Positions 43,013 to 52,659 of a stretch of DNA of 61,030 nucleotides are shown piece by piece. Positions within the stretch are counted from its first letter, which is position 1, and each line of letters opens with the position of its first letter. This DNA is from a virus (lineage: Duplodnaviria > Caudoviricetes). The position numbers were made by a program, and so were the translations under genes. The notes beneath the pieces were generated by a model. It had not been told where the DNA came from, made no database searches, and saw nothing but the letters and a program-made list of their open reading frames with translations. The stretch is taken from positions 1 to 61,030 of IMG/VR virus record IMGVR_UViG_3300025849_000037; one strand, 5' to 3'.

Positions 43013-43990
43013 TTAGTAGCTTATCGCTCTACCATTATCTTCCCCTAAACTCCAAGTAGTATTGAAGTCTGTTCCACTTACTGCTGTAGGTGGGTCATTT
43101 TCAGCATCGAATACAAACATTACATTGTCATCAAGAGCCACGTCCGCAGGCGGTGCACTAAAGCCCGAGTTATACAATGAAGTTATTTCAGACTGACTAA
43201 GCATCTTGTTGTGAAAAATAGCTAAATTGTCATATCTAGTCTCTCTTGACGCTCCTGTGTTGACTACGTTTCTGTTTATAAAAACATCCTCTATATTGAA
43301 TGCCGTTATGGTATTGGTAAGGTTAGTCAACTTGTTAGGCATTTTAGCTCCATTCCAATAGCAGTCAAATGCTGCTGAGCCTGAAGAAGCTGAAAAATCG
43401 AAGGTCAGCACAATGTGAGCATGCCCCCCTGAGTTAACGTTACCTACATTAGTTCCGTGCCATTTACCTGTCCCTGTTCCTGTTTGCGTAGTGTTACTCT
43501 GTAAGTTCCAATGCGTTCCTCTAGAGTTCGTGCTGTTGCTCCTGTGTCTCGCAACTAACCTGTTTAGACCAAAGTCATATAATAAAAAGAATCTATCAAC
43601 CGAAGAACCGCTTGAAAGCTCAAATAGTGTTACATTAGTGTCTGAATTAGCCCATTCGGGTCTAACCCAAAAAGAAACACAAATGTCGTTACTTGCTGAA
43701 AACTGCGTTCCTGACGCTCTATCAAACCTTATTCCTTCGCCCGAATTTAAGAATTCCCAATAACTAACGTTTTGGTTTCCTGTAGAAGCGTTATGGTCAT
43801 AACCAAACCACTCGCTTATAGATGCAGGGGCGCTTCCGTCAGGATAGTCTGACGAAGGGTTATTTGTATTTATAGTAAATAAATTTCCGACTTCCAATTC
43901 CCCCAATGAGGCATTAGCCAAAGTGGTAGACAGACCTGCCTCACTTAGTATATCACTAATCTTTATTTGTCCTGATGATGGTAAAGCCAT
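43013..43990 (-). CDS. Fibre-tip adhesin with LamG/concanavalin-like domain
   Basis: MALPSSGQIKISDI N-terminus; VSFWVRP, HIVLT and DNLAIF..LSQSEITSLYN motifs. Confidence 0.75.
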   Translation of the reverse strand: MALPSSGQIKISDILSEAGLSTTLANASLGELEVGNLFTINTNNPSSDYPDGSAPASISEWFGYDHNASTGNQNVSYWEFLNSGEGIRFDRASGTQFSASNDICVSFWVRPEWANSDTNVTLFELSSGSSVDRFFLLYDFGLNRLVARHRSNSTNSRGTHWNLQSNTTQTGTGTGKWHGTNVGNVNSGGHAHIVLTFDFSASSGSAAFDCYWNGAKMPNKLTNLTNTITAFNIEDVFINRNVVNTGASRETRYDNLAIFHNKMLSQSEITSLYNSGFSAPPADVALDDNVMFVFDAENDPPTAVSGTDFNTTWSLGEDNGRAISY

Positions 43991-45750
43991 TACAGTCTGT
44001 TTTCAATATCGATAATACGCTCTTCTAATTGAGCTATAATATCTTGCTGTTCTTTGTTCGATTCTATAAGTAGTGCTACTAATTTTTCGTAGTCTACAGT
44101 TTTGTAAGACGCAGAGGAGTCATCTAGTCCTTCAACCAATGGTAATTGGTGCTCTCTAACAATGCTAGGGATTACCTCTTCTACCTCTTGTGCGATTAAA
44201 CCTATCTCACGCTGCCCCTTACGGCCTCCTTTTTTCCAAGTGTATTCCACACCTCTTAGTTGAGAAACCTTCTCAGAAGCGCTCTCAATGGTCTCTACGT
44301 CCTCTTTTAATCTAGCATCAGATATAGTAGTAGAAAACGCAACAACGTCTTGAGCTGCATGAATGTTACCATTAGTGTCTATTCTAAATGCCTCACTGCC
44401 TGATACGAAAAACTTTAATACGTTAGCCGCAGACATGTCTATATAGTTGTCTGAGTTAAAGCCTATGTAATCTACATCTGTTCTAAGGTCTGTAGACACG
44501 CTGAATGTAGTGCCTGTTATATCTAGACCCGCTCCGTTGCTGTATGTTGTATTTGCGTAATTAGGAATGTTTAGAACACCACCACCACTTAGCGAGGCCG
44601 CGCCTGAAGTACCCGTAGTAGTAAGACTAGTAACTAATCCACCGCCACCACCACTCGAAACCGTAGTCCAAGAAGCTGTACCTGAGCCATCTGTCGTAAG
44701 AACTTGACCGTTAGTACCTGTGCTTTCAGGGATACTCATAACTCGAGTTCCACCACTAGAAAATGCTGTAACACCTGCAGAGGCTAGGAACATACCTGTA
44801 TCTCCGTCATCTAGGTATCGGAAGTTAGGCTCACTAGCGTTGTTTGTCCCGCCGATAGCTATAGACTCAGCGTTTATTCTAGCTGCATGCGTTTCAAAAG
44901 TGTTAGTAGAGTTACCCATCGCTGTACCATCACCGAAGTAAAACATAAACGGTTGGTCAGAACTAGTTTGAGAAAATCTAAAATGATGGTCTCCGTAGTT
45001 GGTAATCTGAAGTCTGTGTCTATTAGTAGCGCCTTGAACAGACTCAATTCTAAACGTCTCATCGGTAGTAGAGTCCAAGCCTGCAACACCTTTGATTCGT
45101 ATTGTTGAATCATCGTTATCGTTACGGAATATAATCCCCGCCTCTTGGCCTGCGGTGTTTGCAGCGTTTCTGACAGCCATATAAGCATTGCTTTGGTCTA
45201 CCTTCACGCTAAAGAACTCGTCAGCATCATTTAATATAGCTGAGCGCGGTGAGCCGTTTCCGTCTGCAGTCATGTGTATGAAATACTTAGGGGATACACC
45301 ACCTGTGTTTCTGTCTGCCCATTGGTCATTAGCTAGCGACAATTGAGAACCATCAGACATTAGTCTGTAGTTAACGCTATTCAATGTGTTAGACTCGTTT
45401 GCCCAACCTATTGTGTCCGCTGAATCGTAGTTTGCTAAAACGTTTAGCAACGCAGCGCCTGTGTCTTTTAAATATCCTTGACTGCTGTGAGTCTCCGCAG
45501 TAAGATACCTACCATCAATATCTACCGTTACAGTAGTTTGGTTGTCTATTGTAAATGAAATAACACCCGTAGTGGTATTAAACGTAGCAGCACTTACGAA
45601 ATCGTTTGTGTCTGTCGTTCCCGCAGGTAAATCAACCCACGATACATCTCCTGACCCGTTCGTTTGTAGAATCTGATTAGAAGACCCATCGGCCAAAGGA
45701 AGTGTAAAGTTAGGACTAGACCCAACCTCTATATTGTTTAGAAATTTCAT
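43990..45750 (-). CDS. Tail fibre with C-terminal intramolecular chaperone (peptidase S74)
   Basis: SDARLKEDV..LRGVEYTW..GLIAQEVEEV..VDYEKLVALLIE. Confidence 0.9.
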   Translation of the reverse strand: MKFLNNIEVGSSPNFTLPLADGSSNQILQTNGSGDVSWVDLPAGTTDTNDFVSAATFNTTTGVISFTIDNQTTVTVDIDGRYLTAETHSSQGYLKDTGAALLNVLANYDSADTIGWANESNTLNSVNYRLMSDGSQLSLANDQWADRNTGGVSPKYFIHMTADGNGSPRSAILNDADEFFSVKVDQSNAYMAVRNAANTAGQEAGIIFRNDNDDSTIRIKGVAGLDSTTDETFRIESVQGATNRHRLQITNYGDHHFRFSQTSSDQPFMFYFGDGTAMGNSTNTFETHAARINAESIAIGGTNNASEPNFRYLDDGDTGMFLASAGVTAFSSGGTRVMSIPESTGTNGQVLTTDGSGTASWTTVSSGGGGGLVTSLTTTGTSGAASLSGGGVLNIPNYANTTYSNGAGLDITGTTFSVSTDLRTDVDYIGFNSDNYIDMSAANVLKFFVSGSEAFRIDTNGNIHAAQDVVAFSTTISDARLKEDVETIESASEKVSQLRGVEYTWKKGGRKGQREIGLIAQEVEEVIPSIVREHQLPLVEGLDDSSASYKTVDYEKLVALLIESNKEQQDIIAQLEERIIDIENRL

Positions 45751-45767
45751 ATGCAGTAATTATACTG

Positions 45768-45810
45768 CAAATATACAAAAAAAAAGAGGGATGCACAAGC
45801 ACCCCCCTCT
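45768..45810 (-). terminator. Terminator plus TATATTTG promoter element
   Basis: Minus-strand hairpin, T-tract, then TATATTTG (45768-45775). Confidence 0.65.
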
Positions 45811-45835
45811 CTAGTATTAGACTATGTAGTCTGTA

Positions 45836-47929
45836 TTATATCGCTTGGATAAGAATACGGATATCATTTGATGCAGGAGCAGCGCCGAAGTCAACTGTGA
45901 CAACACTAGTGCTAGTTCTTACAACGTCAGCATAAACAGTGTCCCCTGAAGAAACATCGAATAACTGAACGATAACATCAGTAGTTCCTAAGCTGTGCGT
46001 TACTGCAATAGATGTGCTAGTTCCGTCACCAATAGATGCCTTGAACTTTCTATCGTCTACAAAAGTCTTAAGACCTGCAGGAGTAACAACTACTGAGTCT
46101 GAAGTTCCCGTAGAAGCCTCAGTAGTTGTAGCCAATTCAACACCGCCAACTGCAGACTCAGTAGCGTCAGGAAGAACATAGTTGTTTGCATCCGTAGCAC
46201 CCGTGTAACCTAAGTCAGCAAGAGTAAGAGTACGCTTAGTGACAGCAGTAGTGTGACCCAAAGTGTCAACGGTAACGCTGTCAATAACTGATGCACCCGT
46301 ACCTGTAACTGAAATAGCAGTTTGAGTTGGGTGAGCATAGTTGTTAGCAGTCGTAGAAACAGTGAATGTACCACCTACGTTAGCAACAGAAATTAGACCT
46401 GTTCCTTGAAGGGTTACTGTGTCTGCGTCAGCAATAGTTGAAGCGGTAGTTCCGTCAGTAATAACGAAATCATCCATCGTTCCGTTACCTGTACCTGCGC
46501 CAATATCAGAAAGAACTTGAGCACCTGTACGGTATTCTACTGTTCCGTCAGAAGCAGTAACAAGGAATCTGTCGTAGTCAGTGCTTGAAGCATTAACAGT
46601 ACCAATAATAGCTTGACCTGTAGTGGTTACACTAGCGAAAGCAGCATCTTTAGCAGCGATGTCTGTATATGAAGCGATTGTAACATCACCATCATCAGCA
46701 ATCTCTGCAGTTTTGATAAACGACCAAACGTCGTTAGTCTCTTCCCAAATTAAACCAACGTTATCGTCAGACCCACGCTCAACAAGGAAACCTGCATCCT
46801 CAGAAGCAGAACCTGTAGCGCCATGGTTAAGTATAAACAAGCTGTCCTCTACACGAACCTCTTCAGCAAGAGTTACGATGTGTGCACCCGAAACAGTTAA
46901 GTCACCATTTACTGTAAGGTCACCAACGGTAACAGCATTAGTAGTAGTAGCTCCACGACCTGTAACATCGTCTAAGGTATCAGTCTCTACGTAGGTAGTT
47001 AAGTAACGTCCGTCTAAGTCTACAGTGATATCACTCTGACTGCCTACGCTCAATGTTAACTCACCGTTAGCTGAGCTGAATGTAGCTCCGTCTACAAAAT
47101 CGTTGTCATTGTCATTAGCTGTTGTAATAGTAATTGTATCACTAGCAGCAGTTGTTGTAATAGTAGCTCCACCTGCTCCTACGAAAGTAAGAGTATCAGT
47201 AGCGCTGTCAGCAACAACGTCATCTTCACCTGAAACAGAGATAGTTTTGAAACCGTCAGCCTCAGACGTTAAGTAACGTCCATCCAAATCAACTACAGCT
47301 CCTGCGTTACCTACTCCACTAAGGGTAAGCTCACCGTTGCTAGAATTGAAAGAACCACTGTTAATGTAGTCGATATCATTGTCGTTGGCAGAAGTAATAG
47401 TAATATCGTCACCACTAGGAGTGATTGTAACGTTAGTACCTGCAACAAGTTTTACATCATCTGTAACTGCGTCTGAGTCAGTCAATCGGATGATTGCGTC
47501 ATTACCGCTATCTACAGCAGATATGCTGTAAGTAGTGTCTGAGTTAACAACACTTTCCGTAGAGGTTGTAATAGCTGTTACGTGTCCATATGTATCGAAA
47601 GTAATTCCGTCTACGTAAGTACGAGCTGCTGCTGATAAATCACTAACACTCGATGTGTCAGCGTGTGCGATTGTAGGAGCTGTGGACGTTCCCCCCACTA
47701 CTATAGAAGAGTCTCCTGCTGTAACAGATAACACGGCTGTTGAGCCTGTTGCTAGTCTGTCCCAACCTGTAGAACTGTCTGTGTTGATGAATACTGCATC
47801 AACCGTAGTAGAGTAAACGATTTGCCCCTCAGTACCTGACAAGTTACCGTCAGGGTTACCCGCATAGTTCTGAATTACAGCATTCTGTAGCTCATTACTC
47901 TGAAGGTCTAAGTTGTTTAGAAATTTCAT
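45836..47929 (-). CDS. Tail fibre protein (ATG 47929)
   Basis: T/S/D/G-rich fibre repeats (DTYGHVT, VDLDGRY); C-terminal HSLGTTDVIVQ. Confidence 0.8.
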   Translation of the reverse strand: MKFLNNLDLQSNELQNAVIQNYAGNPDGNLSGTEGQIVYSTTVDAVFINTDSSTGWDRLATGSTAVLSVTAGDSSIVVGGTSTAPTIAHADTSSVSDLSAAARTYVDGITFDTYGHVTAITTSTESVVNSDTTYSISAVDSGNDAIIRLTDSDAVTDDVKLVAGTNVTITPSGDDITITSANDNDIDYINSGSFNSSNGELTLSGVGNAGAVVDLDGRYLTSEADGFKTISVSGEDDVVADSATDTLTFVGAGGATITTTAASDTITITTANDNDNDFVDGATFSSANGELTLSVGSQSDITVDLDGRYLTTYVETDTLDDVTGRGATTTNAVTVGDLTVNGDLTVSGAHIVTLAEEVRVEDSLFILNHGATGSASEDAGFLVERGSDDNVGLIWEETNDVWSFIKTAEIADDGDVTIASYTDIAAKDAAFASVTTTGQAIIGTVNASSTDYDRFLVTASDGTVEYRTGAQVLSDIGAGTGNGTMDDFVITDGTTASTIADADTVTLQGTGLISVANVGGTFTVSTTANNYAHPTQTAISVTGTGASVIDSVTVDTLGHTTAVTKRTLTLADLGYTGATDANNYVLPDATESAVGGVELATTTEASTGTSDSVVVTPAGLKTFVDDRKFKASIGDGTSTSIAVTHSLGTTDVIVQLFDVSSGDTVYADVVRTSTSVVTVDFGAAPASNDIRILIQAI

Positions 47930-47975
47930 TTGCAAATGTTTTAATAATTAATTACATCTGCAAAGATAGGGAAAA

Positions 47976-48290
47976 TTAGTTGAAGTGAGCCTGCCCTGAG
48001 AATTGAGCAGTAACTATTAATTTTACTGTATTGTTATCCATGTAAACCACTTCAGGGTATACAACCTGATTGAAGGAGTCGACAACTGACACAGCGGGTT
48101 TTTTAGCTAAGTTGTGAATCAAGGTAATCTCATGCTCATTACCAACAGCAGTCCATCCGTTTACATTTATAGAAACGGTTTTAGTTTTATCAGACGCAGC
48201 GGCGATACCTGAAATAGAGCCACGCTCTACTACGGTTACACTATTCTTAGCTGTTAGCTGTGTTGATACTGAAATTCTGTTGGTTGACAT
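47976..48290 (-). CDS. Small tail-fibre-associated protein
   Basis: IHNLAKKPAVSVVDS motif. Confidence 0.7.
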   Translation of the reverse strand: MSTNRISVSTQLTAKNSVTVVERGSISGIAAASDKTKTVSINVNGWTAVGNEHEITLIHNLAKKPAVSVVDSFNQVVYPEVVYMDNNTVKLIVTAQFSGQAHFN

Positions 48291-48291
48291 T

Positions 48292-48663
48292 TTATGAAAG
48301 TGTTACGTCGTCTATAATAGTAAATAATCCGTAGAACCAAGTTGTACGTACGGCATTACCATCAGTAACCTGAATATCATATACAAAAGTACCCGATTGA
48401 ACAGCAGCCATATCTGCAAAAGACTTAGAAGCTGTTAATGTTCCCTCAGCAGTACCCACAAAGTCAGCGTTCAAAAACTCTAGTATTGGAGTTCCTGTAT
48501 CGTCATCGGTTTCTCGAACGTCCATTTCGAAATCAGTGAACGTAGTGAAATCCACAAGAGCACCGTCTGCATCCTTTACATTAAATAAAAGTTGAAACGA
48601 ATCTCCCTTGCGACAAGTGATGTCTAGTCTTTGGGCTATGTCTAAGTTAGCTTGTGTTGCCAT
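48292..48663 (-). CDS. BppU-like Ig-fold tail adaptor (ATG 48663)
   Basis: LDITCRKGDSF..YDIQVTD..G.F pattern. Confidence 0.7.
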   Translation of the reverse strand: MATQANLDIAQRLDITCRKGDSFQLLFNVKDADGALVDFTTFTDFEMDVRETDDDTGTPILEFLNADFVGTAEGTLTASKSFADMAAVQSGTFVYDIQVTDGNAVRTTWFYGLFTIIDDVTLS

Positions 48664-48667
48664 AATG

Positions 48668-48712
48668 CAAAGATACAAATAAAAAAGTTAAGAGAGGGGC
48701 GCAAACCCCTCC
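48668..48712 (-). terminator. Terminator plus TATCTTTG promoter element
   Basis: Minus strand GAGGGG-TTTGCG-CCCCTC; TATCTTTG (48668-48675) 4 nt before the ATG. Confidence 0.65.
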
Positions 48713-48719
48713 CTGTATG

Positions 48720-51428
48720 TTAAGTTAATCCGCTTATATTTACAGTCTCAATATCGTTAGCCTGCATACTATTAAACTCCACCTCAGTGGTGTTTTGGTC
48801 TTCAGGGCCTGCTTGATTCCGAATACCGTTAGGGTAAGCGTCATAAGTACCTTCTCCCATTAACCATACTTGAGTAGCGCGATAGCAGCTTTCTGTACCG
48901 ATAGCAAAGCCTGTAAAGTCTGCTGACGAGGTATTAGTCCTAAATGCTTCGCCAACTTTGTAATCATCCAACCAAGAAACAGGGTCGGTTATCATAGTTT
49001 CAATCTCAGCATCAGTAGGCATAGGTTGATTAACTCTTAATGTAGTTACTACCATAGCAGCTACTTTGCCTTGGAAGCTTCTGTTAGAAGTTCTACCGCC
49101 AATAGTTAATGAACCTGTAACAGCTCTATCCATTCTCGCTCCCGTTGAAGTCCAAGCGGACGCTACAGATAGGTTAGAACTGAGAGTCCAACTACCTGCA
49201 CTATTCATAATCCTGATATCAAACATTGCGGCGAGGGCCGACGCTGTAGCGTTTGTGCCACTTTGTCTAGTTCCATTGTTGGCTATATAAACACCATACC
49301 AATCATTATGCCCAAGGGCAGTTGAGGAAATTGTACATTCGTTGTACCCACTTCCTTCACGTCCCCAACCGAAGTATAGTCGCTTATTAGAGTCTAATCT
49401 TAAATAGATATTGTCATCTCCTGTACCTGCTCCTTCTCCACTATTCCAAATGTGTTGGTTTGACGAAACATTGTCTATATCGAATACTATTGCAGTAGCC
49501 CAAGGTCTAACACTACTACCATTAGCAGTGTAGCCCGCCGTACTAGGTGCAGCAATGTTCGTAGCATAGCCATTCATATGCAAAGGGCTTACTGTGTAGT
49601 AATTAGCCCTTTGTATTAAGTATTCGCTACCACCACTGAAGTCTATAGCCTTAGTCCAAGCTGTTGAGTTAGTTGAAGCAGGGGCATCTTCGTTGGTTAT
49701 GGTAAGCTCTAATGAACCTACACTACTACCATAAGAGTTTGCTTTAGTTACGGTAATGCTGTATAAGTCGCTAGGGTTAGCTACATTGTCTCCTGTTACT
49801 TCAGGAGCTGTACCTTGCAAATACCCTGAGACAGAGTTATAAGCCAATCCCGTAGGTATGTTGCTTAGTGCGTAAGTATTGGCATCACCCGCAGGTTTAA
49901 TCTGAAGGTTAATGTTATCACCCTCAGTAACCGTTACAGATTGACTGAACTGACTAGGTATGTAGTTAGCGTCAGCACCTGTTTGTATCTCGTTCCAAGC
50001 AATGCCTGCAGGTGATGTAGGTGCGCTTGAAGCGGCGTGAGTCATATACGTGTTAGGCATATACCAAGTCTGAACGGTTGGCTGCTCGTCGATAAAGGTA
50101 TGCGTGTGCGCTGCGCCTGCTCCGTCCGCTGCTGTTCCGTATAGTTCGTCAATAGACTCTGCGTCTGCCTCTGCACTAAATAACGGGTAGTAGAACTCAC
50201 CGTCAGGAGACTCTACGTAATACCAAGTAATAGCCGCACCTAATACAGCTTCGTTTACCGTCATGTTTTTGATACCGTTAAGTTGGTTGGCCAAAGGCAT
50301 GATAGCAAAAAATCTTAGGTCTGTATCAGCAGCAACAACGTTTTCACTACGACATATAACCTCAAAAACATTTGGAGAGGTTTCGTGAGCTATATACACT
50401 CTACCGTCGTTATCGCGACCTAGTCTGAACTTAGTCTTAGTCTGAGGGCTGTTAGAGAATCCCGCTTCATTAATCTTACCTGCACCGTTAGTAGCGTCAG
50501 CAAAAGTGAACGGAGTCGGGTATAGTCTCAGGTATAGCAACCCTTTTACAGCACTACCTGCAACATCAACATCCAAGTCAGCAACATCGTAAGTAGTCTC
50601 ATCAAATAGTCCTATGTAAACACCACGAGAATTAGTCCAATCTCCGCTGTCTTGCTCGAACTCAAAGTATTCTCCGTTTTCAGAAATTGTCTCGTTAGAG
50701 TATAGTCCATTGCTAGTATCGAAGTTACCCGCTTCAGCGGTTGATGTAAACCCTAGAGTTGAGCCTGAGCCTGTCTCTGTGATTCTGTCTCCGTAAACAG
50801 TAAATGTAGTAGAGCCGCTTGTGGTAGTTACAGTAGTCTGTGTGTTACCCGTGTTAGAGCCAACGGTAGTTCCACCTAGAACCTCGTTGAGTCTGTCTAC
50901 AGCAGCGCCAATAGTGTTGAAACCTGTTACCGCTCCGTCGAGAACGCTAACATTGTAATATCTTAAATGCGTGTAAATATCTTTGTTACCACGAACCGTA
51001 GATATCTTGATAGTACCATCAGCTTGACTAGAAGCCTGAAGAGAATTAACAGCGAAAATATCACCATTGCTAAACAATACAGTAGTATCGGTAGCGTCTC
51101 TTTGAGCGTCTAAAAGGTCGGTCTGACTAAATATAAAAGTACCTGTGTTGCTCAGTACGTTTGCATTAGCCGTGATGTATTCAACACAATCCGAAGGAGA
51201 TACAAAATCGTTTCCATCCTTGTCTTGAAAATCTGTATAAGGCAGGTTAAAGAACTCATAGATGGTTACTCCCTCTTCTACAGTTCTAATTTTATTTATT
51301 ACGTTTACATTATTCGAGTTATCCTCGTTTATCTCGCCTTCTAGACAAGAGTTCCAATATACAGGGTTTGTAGACCCTACGAATGTAATACAGTTACCTG
51401 CGTCGTTTCTTGTTACTTTAATAGCCAT
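48720..51428 (-). CDS. Large virion surface protein with putative Ig and LamG-like domains (902 aa)
   Basis: YALSNIPTGLAYNSVSGYLQGT (He_PIG-like) and a C-terminal beta-sandwich. Confidence 0.7.
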   Translation of the reverse strand: MAIKVTRNDAGNCITFVGSTNPVYWNSCLEGEINEDNSNNVNVINKIRTVEEGVTIYEFFNLPYTDFQDKDGNDFVSPSDCVEYITANANVLSNTGTFIFSQTDLLDAQRDATDTTVLFSNGDIFAVNSLQASSQADGTIKISTVRGNKDIYTHLRYYNVSVLDGAVTGFNTIGAAVDRLNEVLGGTTVGSNTGNTQTTVTTTSGSTTFTVYGDRITETGSGSTLGFTSTAEAGNFDTSNGLYSNETISENGEYFEFEQDSGDWTNSRGVYIGLFDETTYDVADLDVDVAGSAVKGLLYLRLYPTPFTFADATNGAGKINEAGFSNSPQTKTKFRLGRDNDGRVYIAHETSPNVFEVICRSENVVAADTDLRFFAIMPLANQLNGIKNMTVNEAVLGAAITWYYVESPDGEFYYPLFSAEADAESIDELYGTAADGAGAAHTHTFIDEQPTVQTWYMPNTYMTHAASSAPTSPAGIAWNEIQTGADANYIPSQFSQSVTVTEGDNINLQIKPAGDANTYALSNIPTGLAYNSVSGYLQGTAPEVTGDNVANPSDLYSITVTKANSYGSSVGSLELTITNEDAPASTNSTAWTKAIDFSGGSEYLIQRANYYTVSPLHMNGYATNIAAPSTAGYTANGSSVRPWATAIVFDIDNVSSNQHIWNSGEGAGTGDDNIYLRLDSNKRLYFGWGREGSGYNECTISSTALGHNDWYGVYIANNGTRQSGTNATASALAAMFDIRIMNSAGSWTLSSNLSVASAWTSTGARMDRAVTGSLTIGGRTSNRSFQGKVAAMVVTTLRVNQPMPTDAEIETMITDPVSWLDDYKVGEAFRTNTSSADFTGFAIGTESCYRATQVWLMGEGTYDAYPNGIRNQAGPEDQNTTEVEFNSMQANDIETVNISGLT

Positions 51429-52231
51429 TACTTAGTTATTGTTACTAACATTGTTAGTGGTTGGATAATTACAGGATTGTCTGATTTGATACACGGTAAA
51501 GCAATTGCGTTTACGTCTTCGTTACTAGCTAGATAAGCTGAAGAGGTTACACGTTGAAGTCTTTTTACTCCAACTGTTCCTTGACCGAAGAATGTTGTAG
51601 CTCCTTGTAGAAAGAACTCAAATGTAATAGCATCAGTGTTATCTCTTGTAGCCCACCATAATCCTGTGTCTACAGTTGTATTTTGAACTTGTGGTATGAT
51701 ATTGTAGTCAAAGCGAACTTGAACTAAGTCACCCACCTTGAGTCCATCTAGCTTGATAGAGCCCGTGTCTGACGCATTGCTGCCTGTCATAGTAGAGCCG
51801 CTCCAATCTGACAAGTCGTAGCTAATCAGCGTTGTAGTCTTACCCGCAGGCAAGTGGTCGCCACCAAACATGCCGAATCCTTGGAAGTTTGTATTAGGCG
51901 TAGGGTCACTCCAATAAGGGCTATCAACAGCCTCGTGTACGGTAGTGCTTAACGGAAACCTACGATAGTTCCCTGCATCTACGTCTGCCTGAGTGTAGTT
52001 AACACCCGTGTTGCCTGAGTGTCCGAAAACACCTGAGCTTATTTCTGTCTTGTCTGCAAATCCGCCCGTGAACTCGTATCCCGATGCGTTTACTACTATC
52101 TCTAAGTCAGCCTTCTTGGTAGTACCTGAAGCCGCTTGGGTAGTGTCAGTTGTGTCTACAACAGGAAGGAATAAACCCGTCCCGTCTACATTACCCACAT
52201 TGGATAACTGTGATATCTTAGTATTACTCAT
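51428..52231 (-). CDS. Virion structural protein (267 aa)
   Basis: MSNTKISQL..TTKKA N-terminal anchor typical of fibre/decoration proteins. Confidence 0.65.
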   Translation of the reverse strand: MSNTKISQLSNVGNVDGTGLFLPVVDTTDTTQAASGTTKKADLEIVVNASGYEFTGGFADKTEISSGVFGHSGNTGVNYTQADVDAGNYRRFPLSTTVHEAVDSPYWSDPTPNTNFQGFGMFGGDHLPAGKTTTLISYDLSDWSGSTMTGSNASDTGSIKLDGLKVGDLVQVRFDYNIIPQVQNTTVDTGLWWATRDNTDAITFEFFLQGATTFFGQGTVGVKRLQRVTSSAYLASNEDVNAIALPCIKSDNPVIIQPLTMLVTITK

Positions 52232-52371
52232 TATAGGTTTTCTCTTATTAGGTTATTTCCATCTTCTCTAGCTATAGGTGTCCCATCCTCTTCCGTTATA
52301 AAAGAGACAAAAAGACTCCCACCTTGCTCTTTGGTGAGGTTGGTTAATATGTTGGGCAGTCCTAAAGGCAT
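52231..52371 (-). CDS. Small structural peptide (46 aa, MPLGLPNIL...)
   Basis: TAATG coupling at both ends; ITEEDG..I..EDG..L..E motif. Confidence 0.6.
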   Translation of the reverse strand: MPLGLPNILTNLTKEQGGSLFVSFITEEDGTPIAREDGNNLIRENL

Positions 52372-52643
52372 TATCGAATGTATGCTATTACAGTTCCTGT
52401 TCCTACCGAAATTGTTTGAAAGTCTCCATAAACTACCATTCCTTGAGCCAAGTCTACTCCGCCTAAAGCGTCGCCTGTCTGCGTAGTCGTAGTTACGTTG
52501 GTAGCTACTGATAAGCAGTAAACGCATACATACTCCTCGCCTGCGGGTTGGGAAAATGTATTATCTACTACTCTGAATCCTTGCTGCCCAAAAGCTGCGT
52601 TTTGGAAGTCACCTGTAGAGGTGAAGTTTGTCTTTCTTGCCAT
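52371..52643 (-). CDS. Small virion protein downstream of the portal gene (90 aa)
   Basis: GMVVYGDFQTISV.TG.VIAY motif; position. Confidence 0.7.
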   Translation of the reverse strand: MARKTNFTSTGDFQNAAFGQQGFRVVDNTFSQPAGEEYVCVYCLSVATNVTTTTQTGDALGGVDLAQGMVVYGDFQTISVGTGTVIAYIR

Positions 52644-52659
52644 TTTGTATTAAGGTTTA

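Noticed and set aside
43013-51428. Diversity-generating retroelement or invertible fibre cassette
   Set aside because: No reverse transcriptase, no recombinase, and no template/variable repeat pair differing at adenines was seen.
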